A DNA stretch of 64,000 nt from Phycisphaerae bacterium (GTDB lineage: Bacteria; Planctomycetota; Phycisphaerae; UBA1845): positions 244,222-308,221 of the forward strand of contig CAXXGO010000005.1 of assembly GCA_963666835.2 (NCBI GenBank). Direction: 5' to 3'. Of the stretch, positions 11,201 through 20,319 are shown in pieces; the stretch's first letter is position 1, and each line of letters opens with the position of its first letter. Position numbers and translations under genes: made by a program. The notes under the pieces are model-generated. The model had not been told where the DNA came from and ran no database searches. It worked only from the letters and a program-made list of their open reading frames with translations.

Positions 11201-13371
11201 GTCTGGCCGTTGCCATCGCAGTCCGTGGGAATCTGCGGCGACACGCATAACGAGAACGACTGCGGACCGGCCGGTACGCCATAGCCGAAGACCTCGACCA
11301 GCCACAGGCCTTCCGCCGGATCGTCCACGAGAACTTGCTCGATGTTGTTGAGATGGTCGGCTCGAACGCGCGTAGCCGGGGCGGCCGGGTCCGCCGGATC
11401 GAGTGTCCAGGGATAGTGGCGATTGCCCTGTGGATCAAAGACCCGAAGATCGAGGTCATTGACCAGAGCCCGGGTAACGTTCGGCGCTGCGGGGTAGTCG
11501 TCCCAGGCCAGGGTTATCTTCAGCTCGCCGTCGTCCGGGTCGACCTGCACCAGTAGGGGGTATCGTTCGCCCTGATCCAGTTGCCCTTCGCGGAACCGCT
11601 CCGTGCGCAGGAAGTCGATGCTGTCGCGGATACGCACCGAGCCGTATCCGTTTTGATAGTCCGGGCCGCGATTGCCCAGGTCGGCGGCGTTGTGGGTCAG
11701 GATCGCCTTGATCGTGGCGTTGCGGGGGTCGGCCGCAGCGGGCAGTAGGGTTCGGTAATCCTCCAGTAACAGTGCGATCAGGCCGGTCACCGTCGGGGCG
11801 GACATGGACGTACCGCAGGCGCTCATGTACCCGCCGCCGATTACACAGGAAGTTACGCCGAAGTCGTCTCCGATCTCGCAACCGGGGGCCGTTACGTCCG
11901 GCTTGATTCGCCCGTCGTCGGTCGGTCCCCAACTGGAGAAGATGGTGGTGAAGTCGTCGTTGGCGTTGACGGCCCCGACGGTGATGTGGTTTTTGGCGCA
12001 GGACGGCGGGGCGGTGGAGTGGTAGCCCTCCGGGGTGTGGACGCCTTCCGTTCGGCAGCGACTGCAGTTTCGTTCATTGCCGTTGGACCAGACCACGGTA
12101 AGTGGATTTCCCAACGTGCCGGTTACGATTGCGTCGATAAGCTGGGCGGTGATCCCGTAATCGCCGGTGATTGCGCAGTCGAACCCGTTCGTGCAGGTGT
12201 TGGTTCCGATCGAGTTGTTGGCCACGTCGACGCCGAAGTTCGCGATGGCGTCGCTATAGTCGTTCTCCAGGTCGCCCGGGTCGGCGTAGAGTGGCGGGTT
12301 TTCTTCGTGGTATTGCGTTTCGAAGCCGTAGCTTTCGATGATTACCCCCGGAGCCATGCCGCGATACACGCCGTTACTGGCTAAGCCGCTGCCGCCGATG
12401 GTCCCGGCCACATGTGTTGGGTGGGAGTCTTCATCGCTTCCGTCCCGAGCGGTCAGTCGCCCACCGAAGTCGGGATGGGTTCCGTCCGCGACGCCGCCGT
12501 CGTAGAGCAGTACGGTAACTCCCGTGCCGTCCAGTTCGTAGTCCGGGTGCGTCTGGACCGTTTCAGCTTGGGTGAGCCATCGGTTACTGTCGTTGGCCTC
12601 GCCGAAAGCGGGCAGCGGCGGCTCGATCCACTGCACCGCGTCCTCGTCGGCCAGTGGGGTTATTCGATCCGCGGGCAGTTCGATCACGAGCCCGTTGACG
12701 GCGCGTAAGTATGACCGAACCGTGGCACCATGCCGCTTGGCGATGTTCTCGCCGTCGGGGATAAGCGGGATGTCCTGGTGGAACAGCAGGTAGGCCGCGA
12801 CGGTAGGGGGAGTATCTTCGCGGTCGGACTCAGCGGTTGTTACTATCGCTCGCCGCGGGAGTTCTTTTCCGGTGAAACCCGGGTGGAGCTTCCAGGCTCG
12901 TTGAACGGCCTGCGCGTGCCGTAGCGGCACCGCCCGGGTCAGTGCCGCGAGGTCCACCCTGCCGGGCTCGACTACGGCGAAGAAGCTGTTGTCACCAAGC
13001 GGACTCAGCAGTTGCAGCCCCGCCAGGGAAACCGCGGCCCGATCCGCGGCAGTGAGCCCCCGATCGAACTGCACGACGACATGCCGCCGGCTTCCTTCGG
13101 AATCCGGCCCGACCAACAACTCCGCCGCCGCTTCCGCGCTCTTCTCTTCACCCGAACCGCCGGATTCGGCACTAATGGCGTAGCCGACTCTCTCCCCCGA
13201 ACCGCGCCAGCAAACCTGCCCACCCCACGCCGGCAAAGCGGCGAGGAACAACAGGAGGATCGATAGGCGGGTGGGAGTAGGCGTGTAAGACGGGCGATTC
13301 GAGCCGCGCGCGGCATTAGGCGTGGCAGTTGGCTCACACGTGGGCATTGCTTGCTCCACAGATTCCCGCAC
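5206..13371 (-). CDS. Giant secreted S8 (subtilisin-family) serine protease with Cys-rich Ca-binding-type repeats, two beta-helix modules, two cohesin-like modules and C-terminal dockerin-like domain
   Basis: Triad motifs LYDGG, HPTHVAGTI, GTSMSAP; SNGN; many DCNxNGxPDxC repeats; GGG/GGAI beta-helix repeats; GDVDGDG...DLNRSG at C terminus; start uncertain. Confidence 0.93.
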   Translation of the reverse strand: MRESVEQAMPTCEPTATPNAARGSNRPSYTPTPTRLSILLLFLAALPAWGGQVCWRGSGERVGYAISAESGGSGEEKSAEAAAELLVGPDSEGSRRHVVVQFDRGLTAADRAAVSLAGLQLLSPLGDNSFFAVVEPGRVDLAALTRAVPLRHAQAVQRAWKLHPGFTGKELPRRAIVTTAESDREDTPPTVAAYLLFHQDIPLIPDGENIAKRHGATVRSYLRAVNGLVIELPADRITPLADEDAVQWIEPPLPAFGEANDSNRWLTQAETVQTHPDYELDGTGVTVLLYDGGVADGTHPDFGGRLTARDGSDEDSHPTHVAGTIGGSGLASNGVYRGMAPGVIIESYGFETQYHEENPPLYADPGDLENDYSDAIANFGVDVANNSIGTNTCTNGFDCAITGDYGITAQLIDAIVTGTLGNPLTVVWSNGNERNCSRCRTEGVHTPEGYHSTAPPSCAKNHITVGAVNANDDFTTIFSSWGPTDDGRIKPDVTAPGCEIGDDFGVTSCVIGGGYMSACGTSMSAPTVTGLIALLLEDYRTLLPAAADPRNATIKAILTHNAADLGNRGPDYQNGYGSVRIRDSIDFLRTERFREGQLDQGERYPLLVQVDPDDGELKITLAWDDYPAAPNVTRALVNDLDLRVFDPQGNRHYPWTLDPADPAAPATRVRADHLNNIEQVLVDDPAEGLWLVEVFGYGVPAGPQSFSLCVSPQIPTDCDGNGQTDDAEITANPDLDCSGNGLLDVCEIDCDGNGIPDSCDIESGLAGDCNGNDLVDACEPDCNGNGIPDDCDVIDLLVADCNYNGVPDDCEPDCNSNNVADSCDIESGTVADCNADGVPDICQDTSADCNDNGEWDACETAEGLTEDFNHNSVPDVCEDRERILYVDANCSGPGTGTIEDPFCAIQPAINAAISGNRVIVAEGVYQGRHNRDLDFGGRLITLQSTDPANAAVVAGTVIDPQGAGRGFFFHSHETRSAVLDGLTIRNGTAAVGSTFGSYRGGAIYCVDSNPTIRRCVLQDNSIAPTILVEYGGGGIYCERSSPAIDRCTITGNETTNSGGGVYCFENSPAAITDSVISGNQSFLGGGIACYLSNALIRNCTIVDNLADGYRGGALHCNDAIPTVTSSILWGNLGETGPDQIFGEPTVSYSDVEGGWVGTGNLDADPAFIAGGDYHLTDNSPCIDAGDPAFFSATATDLDGEPRVQHCRVDLGASESPFFADCNSNESPDACEILDGSAEDTNGNGVVDVCEFCDSQAECDDGWFCNGVEECIDNLCLAGTNPCPGRVCDELTNRCIECRSPEDCEDGNPCTDHQCDHGLCRNVLIANCAPVFSLMAAAVNGIPLPDGPASEIEVRAGDTVTTELYLRNWGQRKLDMYEASIDSAGFDSGPRGSLAPQTDPTPSSGAFINQQREDFAFFGMATITAVSTEPPDYTYGAVPMYASVLEPDYPVYCGTLVLNVSDDALGDFTVDLVPGGDGKPQLHLDPEGFVDHFILEPLTIHVPIPGCTRGTDCDENGIADTCDIAVGLAKDCNGNGVPDACDLAFAADCNHNGVPDDCEPDCNENGIADECDLAAGISVDCDENGVPDECEDCNGNGFADICDLTAGISYDCNVNLIPDECDVVSGVSVDCNSNEIPDECDVAGWGSSDCNENGIPDECDLVTGAANDCNNNGIADDCEDCNGNGWADECDVADDAPGPPGPGISDDCNANGLPDECEDCNTNGIADECDITEGNSGDCNGNWIPDECEDCNGNGFADECDVNAGTSADLNGDGVPDECDPCADLNCDDGLFCNGQETCSGGTCVEGTAPCIEMRCDEQLDECVECLTDSDCADGNSCTVNTCENGVCQYALRSGSCDDDNRCTADDECANGGCAGLPIPGCGAAISLRAAAVNSTALPQGPVDRVIVEPGDTVNCEIHLEGWTPDALRSYRATVDAAGFTSAAIGVLTPSTTPHATAGAYIDRYRAAYPFRHSPSIATVLRGRPDYEYSAIGIHQSVVEAETPSYGGTLILEVSQGAAGAFVVGFDCSDGQTVLLDDNSEPIGSLQLHPLTISVLPSGCTGGPDCNKNGIRDDCDLSLGQSPDCNGNNIPDDCDVAKGGASEDCTHNGVPDECEPDCNHNGIADSCDIAAAAGRDCNDNGIPDECEDCDGNGLADECEIADGIAPDCNDNGVPDKCDIAAGTSLDCTGNGTPDECESDCNGNGVADSCDIAGATSVDLEDNGVPDECQAVRHVPADFTTIQQAIDAALPGDVVEVADGVYTRFGNVALDFAGKNLTVRSANGPAACIIDGGGSQPAFVFQNGEGLESQIYGFTITNSRGIECDNSGPTIRNCIITGNHSAGITCRNGSSPRIVGCLITGNQGVAGGGISSSYSDPVIRHCTIVGNTASFCGGALHATAGRPAVSMCILWSNTALTGTEIDLRSNSAMAITYSDIQRGTAGAGLIHSAFSQTTGNLAIDPGFTDADHGDFRLAEISRCINAGDPAFSPLDGETDLAGASRVLFGTADLGAYEASAFADCNYNTVPDWLDITGATSNDCNGNRVPDECDPYARIIVGSDPPTGAIDARQPFDPAGGASCGWQIVNLVFDGGATGLTAADFSVAATGGSGPTPQIRSVTVADDEHVEVVLRRPLDPGTRTTISYTCNGSRIALGYLPGDVDGDGTTDMSDLQALIDSVTGTTDLPLWSTDLNRSGTATASDILREIDLLNGAGQLDPWLGELLP

Positions 13372-13692
13372 CGTGCCGCGCGCTCGTGCGGCGGTGTTCC
13401 ATTTCAGTAACGGAATCAGCCGGCCTGCTACAAACGCGGCACCCCGCCGTTCGTTTCCGAATACGAACGACCAACCCGTTTATACCGGTATTCGGGCGAT
13501 GAATCAACGGAAAGGTCTCTCCAGGACGTTCCCTGTCACCGAAACCAACTGTACCGCCCCGAACTTGTGCAAATGGTATCGGGAGCCTAGAGTCTGCTCA
13601 GATGCCGGCCGCGGCGGTCCGGTTGCCGGCATGGGCGAGGCACGCCCGAGTGCTTTCTGAACACCGAACGGCCCCCCGGGTAGGATGGAGTT

Positions 13693-14841
13693 GTGACAAT
13701 GTCTGGTTCCCTCGTTGTGCTTATCGGTCTATTCGTGGCGCTGCCGGCGGATGGGGATTCCACGTGGACGCGCATCGGCTTGGACGAGGGCTTGGCGGCG
13801 CAAGTGCAGCCGTCCATCGATCGAGGTTTGAAGTATCTCTCCGCTACCCAGCAGGAGGACGGTGGTTGGGAGGCGTTCGGTCGGTCCCACCCGGCCATTA
13901 CGGCTCTGGTGGTAAAGGCTTTGGTACAGGACCCGGGCTATGGCCGCGATCATGCGACGGTCAGAAGAGGGCTGGCTTACATCCTACGTCACGTTCAGCC
14001 CGACGGTGGAATCTATGTTCCGGACGAGGGCAAGCGAAACTACCACACAAGTGTCGCGTTGATGGCGTTGTCAGCCACGAAGGACCCGGCACATGCGAAG
14101 ACGATTCGAGCGGCCCAGCGTTTCCTCAAGAATCTGCAGTGGGACGAGGGCGAAGGGCACGAGGCGACTAGTCCCTGGTACGGCGGACAGGGGTACGGCC
14201 GGCACAAGCGTCCGGATCTCTCCAATACGCAGTTGATGACCGAGGCGCTGAAACAAAGCGGTCTTCCCGCCGACGATCCGGTTTACCGGAAAGCCGCAGC
14301 GTTCGTCTCACGCTGTCAGATGTTGGGGCAGACCAACGATCAGAGTTTTGCCTCGGAGAGTGCTGACGGCGGGTTCGTATATACTCCGGCCAACGGTGGT
14401 GAGTCCAAGGCCGGGGTAGAGATGATCGACGGGAAGCCGAGGCTTCGAACGTATGGATCCATGACGTACGCCGGCTTCAAGAGCCTGCTGTACGCGAATG
14501 TCGACCGCCAGGACGTTCGAGTCCGCCGAGCCTTGGATTGGATTCAGCGACACTATACGCTAGACCACAATCCCAACATGCCCGACGCGCAGTCGAAGCA
14601 GGGACTGTATTACTACTACCACACCTTCGCCCGGGCGTTGTATGCGTGGGGTGATGAGACGATTAACGACGCCCAGGGCGTTCCGCGAGACTGGCGCAGG
14701 GACCTGTGCAGCAAACTCATCTCCTTGCAGCGTGAAGACGGAAGCTGGGTCAACTCGGAGGATCGGTGGTACGAGGGAAACCCGCATTTGGTGACGGCGT
14801 ACGCGATTCTGGCGATGCAGACTGCTATGTCGTTACCTTGA
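13693..14841 (+). CDS. Exported prenyltransferase/squalene-cyclase repeat (alpha-alpha barrel) protein
   Basis: QW-like repeats QQEDGGW, QPDGG, QREDGSW; YYYYHTFARAL; N-terminal hydrophobic signal. Confidence 0.85.
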   Translation: MTMSGSLVVLIGLFVALPADGDSTWTRIGLDEGLAAQVQPSIDRGLKYLSATQQEDGGWEAFGRSHPAITALVVKALVQDPGYGRDHATVRRGLAYILRHVQPDGGIYVPDEGKRNYHTSVALMALSATKDPAHAKTIRAAQRFLKNLQWDEGEGHEATSPWYGGQGYGRHKRPDLSNTQLMTEALKQSGLPADDPVYRKAAAFVSRCQMLGQTNDQSFASESADGGFVYTPANGGESKAGVEMIDGKPRLRTYGSMTYAGFKSLLYANVDRQDVRVRRALDWIQRHYTLDHNPNMPDAQSKQGLYYYYHTFARALYAWGDETINDAQGVPRDWRRDLCSKLISLQREDGSWVNSEDRWYEGNPHLVTAYAILAMQTAMSLP

Positions 14842-14878
14842 AGTCGAGGACGTGCCGGTAGTGTCCACCCGGTGACGC

Positions 14879-16153
14879 ATGGCAAGTTGGGAGGAGCGTG
14901 CATTGACGCATCCACCTATCGAAGATTGGCAGACTATTGAGCCGCGTCCGCCGGGACCGGCGGTTGCGGAGCCTCGCGCGCTATTGACTGAAGCGTTGTC
15001 AGCCGACGGGGTCTTGCGGTCATTCGTGGAAGCGGCGCGGCGTGAGAATCAACCGGTGCTGCTGGTGGTGAATGACGGACACCGTGCGACTCAGACTCAC
15101 GTAGCGCTTGAGGCGATCGCTGAGGTTCTTGGCTCACGACTTGTCCTACCGGGCTTCCGGGCGCTGGTGGCGGCGGGGACGCATCAGTTTCCGGAGCATG
15201 AGCGGCGCGAGTTCGAAGCGAGCACATTTGGGGGCTGTGGCTTGCGGATCGATGCCGTGTCCTGGAACGACTCCGACAGTGATCGAGACCGGGTGAAGGT
15301 AGGCTCCGTGCGGCTGCACAAGTGGCTGGCGGAAGCTCGGTTCGTATTGGCGATAGGCAGTGTTGAGCCTCATTACTTTGCGGGAGTAACGGGAGCCCAT
15401 AAGACGCTGACCGTCGGGTGCATGGCCCGGGGCGATATAGAGCGGAATCACGAAGGGGCGATGAGCTCAGCCTCTGAGAACCTCAGATTGAACGGTAACC
15501 CGGTGTACCACGGGGTTGTTGAGATTCTCGGCGCGGTGCAGGATGGTGGTCGTCGGGTCCTGGCGATTAACGAGGTCGTGGACAGTAGGAATCTGCTGGC
15601 GGCTGCGGTAGGCGATCCGGTGGAGACCGTCGAGCTTCTGCTCCCTACGGTGCGGAGCGTGTTTGCGCACCAACTTCCCGAGCCCGTGGATTTGTTACGG
15701 CTGCGTGTGCCATTGCCGCTCGGACGAAATCTGTATCAGGCGGATAAAGCGCTGAAGAACAACCACTTGGCGGTGCGCTACGGCGGGGGGATTCTCTTGG
15801 AGGCGGATTGTCCGGAGGGGATAGGTCCGGATGCCTTTTTGGGGTTGCTCCGCCGAGCGGCGGGCTACGCCGATGCTCTGAGGATCGTGGCAGACGAGGG
15901 GTATCGGCTGGGTGATCACAAAGCGGTCAAGCTTCTCTACCTGACGGATCCAAAGTGCCGTGGAGTCCATGTCGTTCTGGTGTCAGACACCGTCACTCCG
16001 TCGGCCGCGCGGGAAGCCGGAATGCGGGTCTTCGCCGACGCCTCGGTTGGTCTTGATTGGCTCACGGAAGTCGTGGCGGCATCCGGACCGTGCCGCCGTG
16101 GGGCGATCATTGAAGATGCCGGGGTTGTCTGCACGAGCGCGCCAGGGCAATAG
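14879..16153 (+). CDS. LarA-superfamily (nickel-pincer) racemase/epimerase
   Basis: VNDGHRAT, AAGTH, EPHYFAGVTGAHK, RNH, NLYQADKAL, GGGILLEADCPEGIG; start may be TTG at 14903. Confidence 0.82.
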   Translation: MASWEERALTHPPIEDWQTIEPRPPGPAVAEPRALLTEALSADGVLRSFVEAARRENQPVLLVVNDGHRATQTHVALEAIAEVLGSRLVLPGFRALVAAGTHQFPEHERREFEASTFGGCGLRIDAVSWNDSDSDRDRVKVGSVRLHKWLAEARFVLAIGSVEPHYFAGVTGAHKTLTVGCMARGDIERNHEGAMSSASENLRLNGNPVYHGVVEILGAVQDGGRRVLAINEVVDSRNLLAAAVGDPVETVELLLPTVRSVFAHQLPEPVDLLRLRVPLPLGRNLYQADKALKNNHLAVRYGGGILLEADCPEGIGPDAFLGLLRRAAGYADALRIVADEGYRLGDHKAVKLLYLTDPKCRGVHVVLVSDTVTPSAAREAGMRVFADASVGLDWLTEVVAASGPCRRGAIIEDAGVVCTSAPGQ

Positions 16154-16201
16154 ACGAAGTCCGAAACGCCACCGTCGAGGGGGATTCTCCTTGGGGGGTC
16201 G

Positions 16202-19200
16202 TCAGGCGCCACCTTCGGTATCGTCCGTGGGCCTGATATCGCGGGCAAGGCGGTCAATCGTCTCGAGATGTTCGGTTCGCCCGAGCAGAAGCCCCTGAGA
16301 TACCAGTTCCCGTAGACGTCCGGCTTCACGCGAGAGTTCCATGTGCCCACAGATTCCCCCGGTGCCGATCAGTTGGTGTAGGATCTCACGGACGGAGGTC
16401 TCATCGGATTCGCGCACGGCATTGCGTAGCTTCTGAATCCGATCACCAAGACCTCGCTCGAATTGTGCTATTGCGGCTGCCAGATCGAGGTCTCTGCGGC
16501 TGGGAGTGGCAGGTTCCGAGACTGCGGAGTTGCCGTAATCGTCCGTCGGTCGGTTGAGGTACTCGGAGGCGGCCTCCACCAACTTGACCAGGGAGATCGG
16601 TTTACGCCAACAGTCGTCAAAGCCGGCCCTGAGGATGCGGCCTTTGTCGTTTTCGGAGGTTGAGGCCGTCAGGGCGATGATCGGTCCATCGAAGCCGCTT
16701 CGACGAATTGCGTCCGCGGCAGCCAGGCCGTTCATCCGAGGCATTCGGATATCCAGAACGATCAGGTCGAAGGCCTGGCGGGCGGCGGCCTGAACCGCCT
16801 CCTCGCCATCCTCAACGGCGACGACATCCGCCCCTGCTTCGGCCAAGGCGAACAGCACAAGCTCGCGGGCGTCGCGGAAATCGTCGGCCAGCAGGACCCT
16901 CCCGGCGAGTTTGTGTTCGAACTGCGGGGGACTATCCGGGGCCGAGCCGGGAAGTGAATCAAAGGCCTCGCCGGGCGGCAGCCAGTCGACATCGTCCAGC
17001 GGACCCGTCGGGACAGTCAACGTGAATGTACTGCCTTTGTTCTCGACACTTTCCACCCTGAGGGAACCCGACAGTCGTTCGGTAATCCACTTGGTGAGCG
17101 GTAAGCCGAGTCCGACTCCGCGGGCGACAACGGAGTCGGAGGGATCCTGATCGATTTGCGCAAAAGTCTCGAAGATATGCTCGACGCCGGTGGGGGGGAT
17201 TCCGACACCGGTATCTTCAACGCCCACCGTCAGAGCAGGCTCCGGCGCCTCTCGATCGACGCTCACTCGTGCCCAGACATGCCCGGCCCGTGTGAACTTG
17301 AGGGCGTTACTGATCAGGTTGGTAATTGCCTGTTTCAGCCTGGTCGGATCGGTGTGGATGTGTGCGGGGATATCGGTGTCGTTGAAGATGCGGAAATCCA
17401 CGGCAGATCCGTGGTGGAGGTGGGCGGTAAGATTGTGTACATCAACGAGGATCCCGGGCAATGAGCATCGGATCGGCTTGACGTCGAGTTTACCGGCTTC
17501 CACCCTTGAGAGGTCTAACAGATCGTCAATGAGGCAAAGCAGATGTTGCCCGTTTCGCAAGATTCGCTCGCTGAGGTCCTGCTGCGTCGCATGGTCCGTG
17601 TCCGTTCTCTGGAACAACTCGGCGGCGCCGAGCATCGCCGTGATGGGGGTGCGGATTTCATGACTCATATTGGCGAGGAACTTGCTTTTCGCGAGATTGG
17701 CGGCCTCGGCAGCCTCTTTGGCATTACGTATCTCTTCGGCGGCGCGCTGCCGCTCGGTTATGTCCTGAACCGTGCCGACCTTGCCCGTCAACTTCCCGGT
17801 CTCGGACACCATGAGTGCCATCTTCATGTCCACCCAACGGACTGCGCCTCCTGGAGTCTGGACTCTGAACTCACCTGAATACACGCCGCCCTCTCGGGAG
17901 GATCGGAAGGTGTCTTCGATAACCGTTTCTCTGTCCTCGGCGTGAATACACTCATGCCACGCCCAGCCGAGCATGTTGTCCGGGGATGCTCCGGTAATCT
18001 CCTGCATTCGCTCGTTGACGTAGACCCACTGCCCGTCGGCGTCCGTAAGGAGAATCCCAATGGGGGCGGAAAAACAGAGGAGCCGAAAACGGGCTTCGCT
18101 TTCGCGCAGAGCCTGCTCCGCTTGTTTGCGACTGGTAATGTCGGCGTAAATACCGAGGATCCCGACTACCTGTCCATCGCGATCTCGAAGTGGGACCTTG
18201 CTGGTAAGGAGCGTGGCGTCCTTGCCGTCCGCCTGATGCTGCGGTTCCTCGATGTTCAACATCGGTTCGCCGCGGTCCATCACTTCGCGGTCGCAGTGGC
18301 GGAAGAACTCGGCCTCTTCCCGTTGCCAGGCCAGGTCGTAGTCCGTCTTGCCGATGATGTCCTCCGGAGATCTCAGTCCCGCGACCCGCGCAAGATTCTG
18401 GTTGCACCCCAAAAACACGGAATTGCGGTCTTTCCAGAACACGTAATGCGGCACGTTGGAGATCACGTTGCGGAGCAGTTCTTCTTGCTCTCTCAACTTC
18501 TCCTCGGCCCGCTCGCGTTCCGCGGCCTCGCTTTGCAGGCGTTCGTTCGCACTGGTGAGATCTGCGGTTCGCTCTCTGACGCGCTGTTCCAATTCCTCCT
18601 GAGCGGATTGCGCCGATTCCTGCGCCCGCTTGTGTTCCGTAATGTCGCGGGCCGTGCCGAGCACTGCAATCGGCTCGCCGAACTCGTTTCGGACCAGGGT
18701 GTTCCGCGTATGCGTAGGGAAAACCGTTCCGTCGGATCGCACGTGCCAGATCTCGCCGCTGAACTCGCCGGTTTCGCGAATGCACCGGTTGGCATCTTCC
18801 ACGCTGGGAAGTTGTTCCGGAGTATGGAAGATGGAGAGGTGTTTATACTGAATCTCTGCCAAAGCAAGTCCGTGCAACTTCGCGAAGGCGTTGTTGGCGA
18901 ACAGCAGGTTCCCGTTCAGATCTGCGACGGCGATGCACTCGCTGCTCTGTTCCACGGCGGTAGACAGCAGCCGCAGCTTCTCTTCCGTCCGCCGGCGCTG
19001 CAGGGCATTGGCGATGATCTCTCCGACGATTCGCAGAAGCGCGATTATCTCCTCCGACCAGGACTTGGCTTTGCGAACGGAATCGAATCCTACGAAGCCG
19101 ATCAATACCCCGGAGCAGACCATCGGCACGCAGACCAGAGATTCAATCTCCTCCGTTTCCCACTCCTTCCGTTCCGCGGACGCTTCCTGTGGAAGGTCGC

Positions 19201-19981
19201 TTACGCGCGGCACGTGAATGGTCTCCCTTCGCTTGATTCGCTCGGAGAACCAAGGCAGAGAGGCTGTGGGCAAGTCCTGTAACCGCGGCATAGCCGGTGG
19301 AATGTTCTTGGCACACCATTCGTGCGTGTTGCTCATTCGATTACCGTCGTCCGAGAAGAGAAACACGTAGCTGCGATCTACTCGGGCGGATTGGCCTAAG
19401 GCCTTAAGGGCATCGTTCACTCCTGCGTGTATCTCGTTTGATGGGAGATTGATGAACTTGGTGGAGATCCCGGAGACAACGTATTCGAACTCCATCCTCG
19501 CCCGCAGGGCGTGCTCGATCTGCTTTCGCTCCGTGATGTCGTACGCGATGGTCAAACTGGCAGGTTCACCTTCGAACTTAATCGGGCTGACTCGGCAGTC
19601 GATCCAGCAGGTTCCTCCGTCCTTACGCGCGATTCTGATTTCGAATTGGTCGGACAGGTCTTCCCCTCGTTGTCGAGCGGCATCTCGTTCGCGTACGTAA
19701 GGCTTGAACTCTCGGCAGGCGAGATCCACCAGGTCCAACCCTCGCAGCTCCTTCGGCGTGTAACCCGTGAGACTCTCGGCGGCCGCGCTGGCAAAGCAGA
19801 TTGTGCGCCCACGGTGGACGATTACCGAAGCGGACAGAGACTCGATGAGGTCGGCGGAGGCCATTCCCCGGCGGGTGTCGGTCCCTGCGGCGTTGCCGCG
19901 CCGCCGGCTCTCCGCCAACTCGGCGCGGAGGGATTCCAGCTCTTGGATCAACTGCGCTTTCGTTTTCCTCGAATCGTTCAT
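16202..19981 (-). CDS. Hybrid sensor histidine kinase (PAS, GAF, 3xPAS, HisKA, HATPase, REC, Hpt)
   Basis: FLANMSHEIRTP, NALKFT, DTGVGI, GVGLGL, LDIRMPRMNG, C-terminal HQLIG. Confidence 0.96.
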   Translation of the reverse strand: MNDSRKTKAQLIQELESLRAELAESRRRGNAAGTDTRRGMASADLIESLSASVIVHRGRTICFASAAAESLTGYTPKELRGLDLVDLACREFKPYVRERDAARQRGEDLSDQFEIRIARKDGGTCWIDCRVSPIKFEGEPASLTIAYDITERKQIEHALRARMEFEYVVSGISTKFINLPSNEIHAGVNDALKALGQSARVDRSYVFLFSDDGNRMSNTHEWCAKNIPPAMPRLQDLPTASLPWFSERIKRRETIHVPRVSDLPQEASAERKEWETEEIESLVCVPMVCSGVLIGFVGFDSVRKAKSWSEEIIALLRIVGEIIANALQRRRTEEKLRLLSTAVEQSSECIAVADLNGNLLFANNAFAKLHGLALAEIQYKHLSIFHTPEQLPSVEDANRCIRETGEFSGEIWHVRSDGTVFPTHTRNTLVRNEFGEPIAVLGTARDITEHKRAQESAQSAQEELEQRVRERTADLTSANERLQSEAAERERAEEKLREQEELLRNVISNVPHYVFWKDRNSVFLGCNQNLARVAGLRSPEDIIGKTDYDLAWQREEAEFFRHCDREVMDRGEPMLNIEEPQHQADGKDATLLTSKVPLRDRDGQVVGILGIYADITSRKQAEQALRESEARFRLLCFSAPIGILLTDADGQWVYVNERMQEITGASPDNMLGWAWHECIHAEDRETVIEDTFRSSREGGVYSGEFRVQTPGGAVRWVDMKMALMVSETGKLTGKVGTVQDITERQRAAEEIRNAKEAAEAANLAKSKFLANMSHEIRTPITAMLGAAELFQRTDTDHATQQDLSERILRNGQHLLCLIDDLLDLSRVEAGKLDVKPIRCSLPGILVDVHNLTAHLHHGSAVDFRIFNDTDIPAHIHTDPTRLKQAITNLISNALKFTRAGHVWARVSVDREAPEPALTVGVEDTGVGIPPTGVEHIFETFAQIDQDPSDSVVARGVGLGLPLTKWITERLSGSLRVESVENKGSTFTLTVPTGPLDDVDWLPPGEAFDSLPGSAPDSPPQFEHKLAGRVLLADDFRDARELVLFALAEAGADVVAVEDGEEAVQAAARQAFDLIVLDIRMPRMNGLAAADAIRRSGFDGPIIALTASTSENDKGRILRAGFDDCWRKPISLVKLVEAASEYLNRPTDDYGNSAVSEPATPSRRDLDLAAAIAQFERGLGDRIQKLRNAVRESDETSVREILHQLIGTGGICGHMELSREAGRLRELVSQGLLLGRTEHLETIDRLARDIRPTDDTEGGA

Positions 19982-20319
19982 CCGTCGCTCTCAACAAGAC
20001 GCCGCGGAATGTGGCGGACGATACCTCCCACCCCTGCTGGGGCGGGAGCATTGCTGCCGGACTCGACGACCTCCGTGAAGTCGGCGCGCCCAAGAGACGC
20101 AGTTTCCAGTTGGCGCGGTCGCCGAAGCCACGCGAGTTTAGCCAACACCGGCGGTAAGGACAAACTGGGCGTCCTCCCACTCATGCCTGGACGCCGGACA
20201 CGCGCTCACAGTAGAATCCTCGGATATTCAGGCGACGTGACCTTGTGCCGACCTTGGCGGCAAGATATGCGCGTGCGTCATCCGATTCGAGAATTCGGAA
20301 GAACCTGCGAGGTACGATT

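Noticed and set aside
6700..11230. Recurrent GTTGCAGTC motif as a DNA repeat array
   Set aside because: It is the reverse complement of the Asp-Cys-Asn codons of the protein repeats
17942..19282. Long antisense ORFs (also 39286-40971, 52661-54496, 3066-4241)
   Set aside because: Shadow frames of well-supported genes in high-GC DNA
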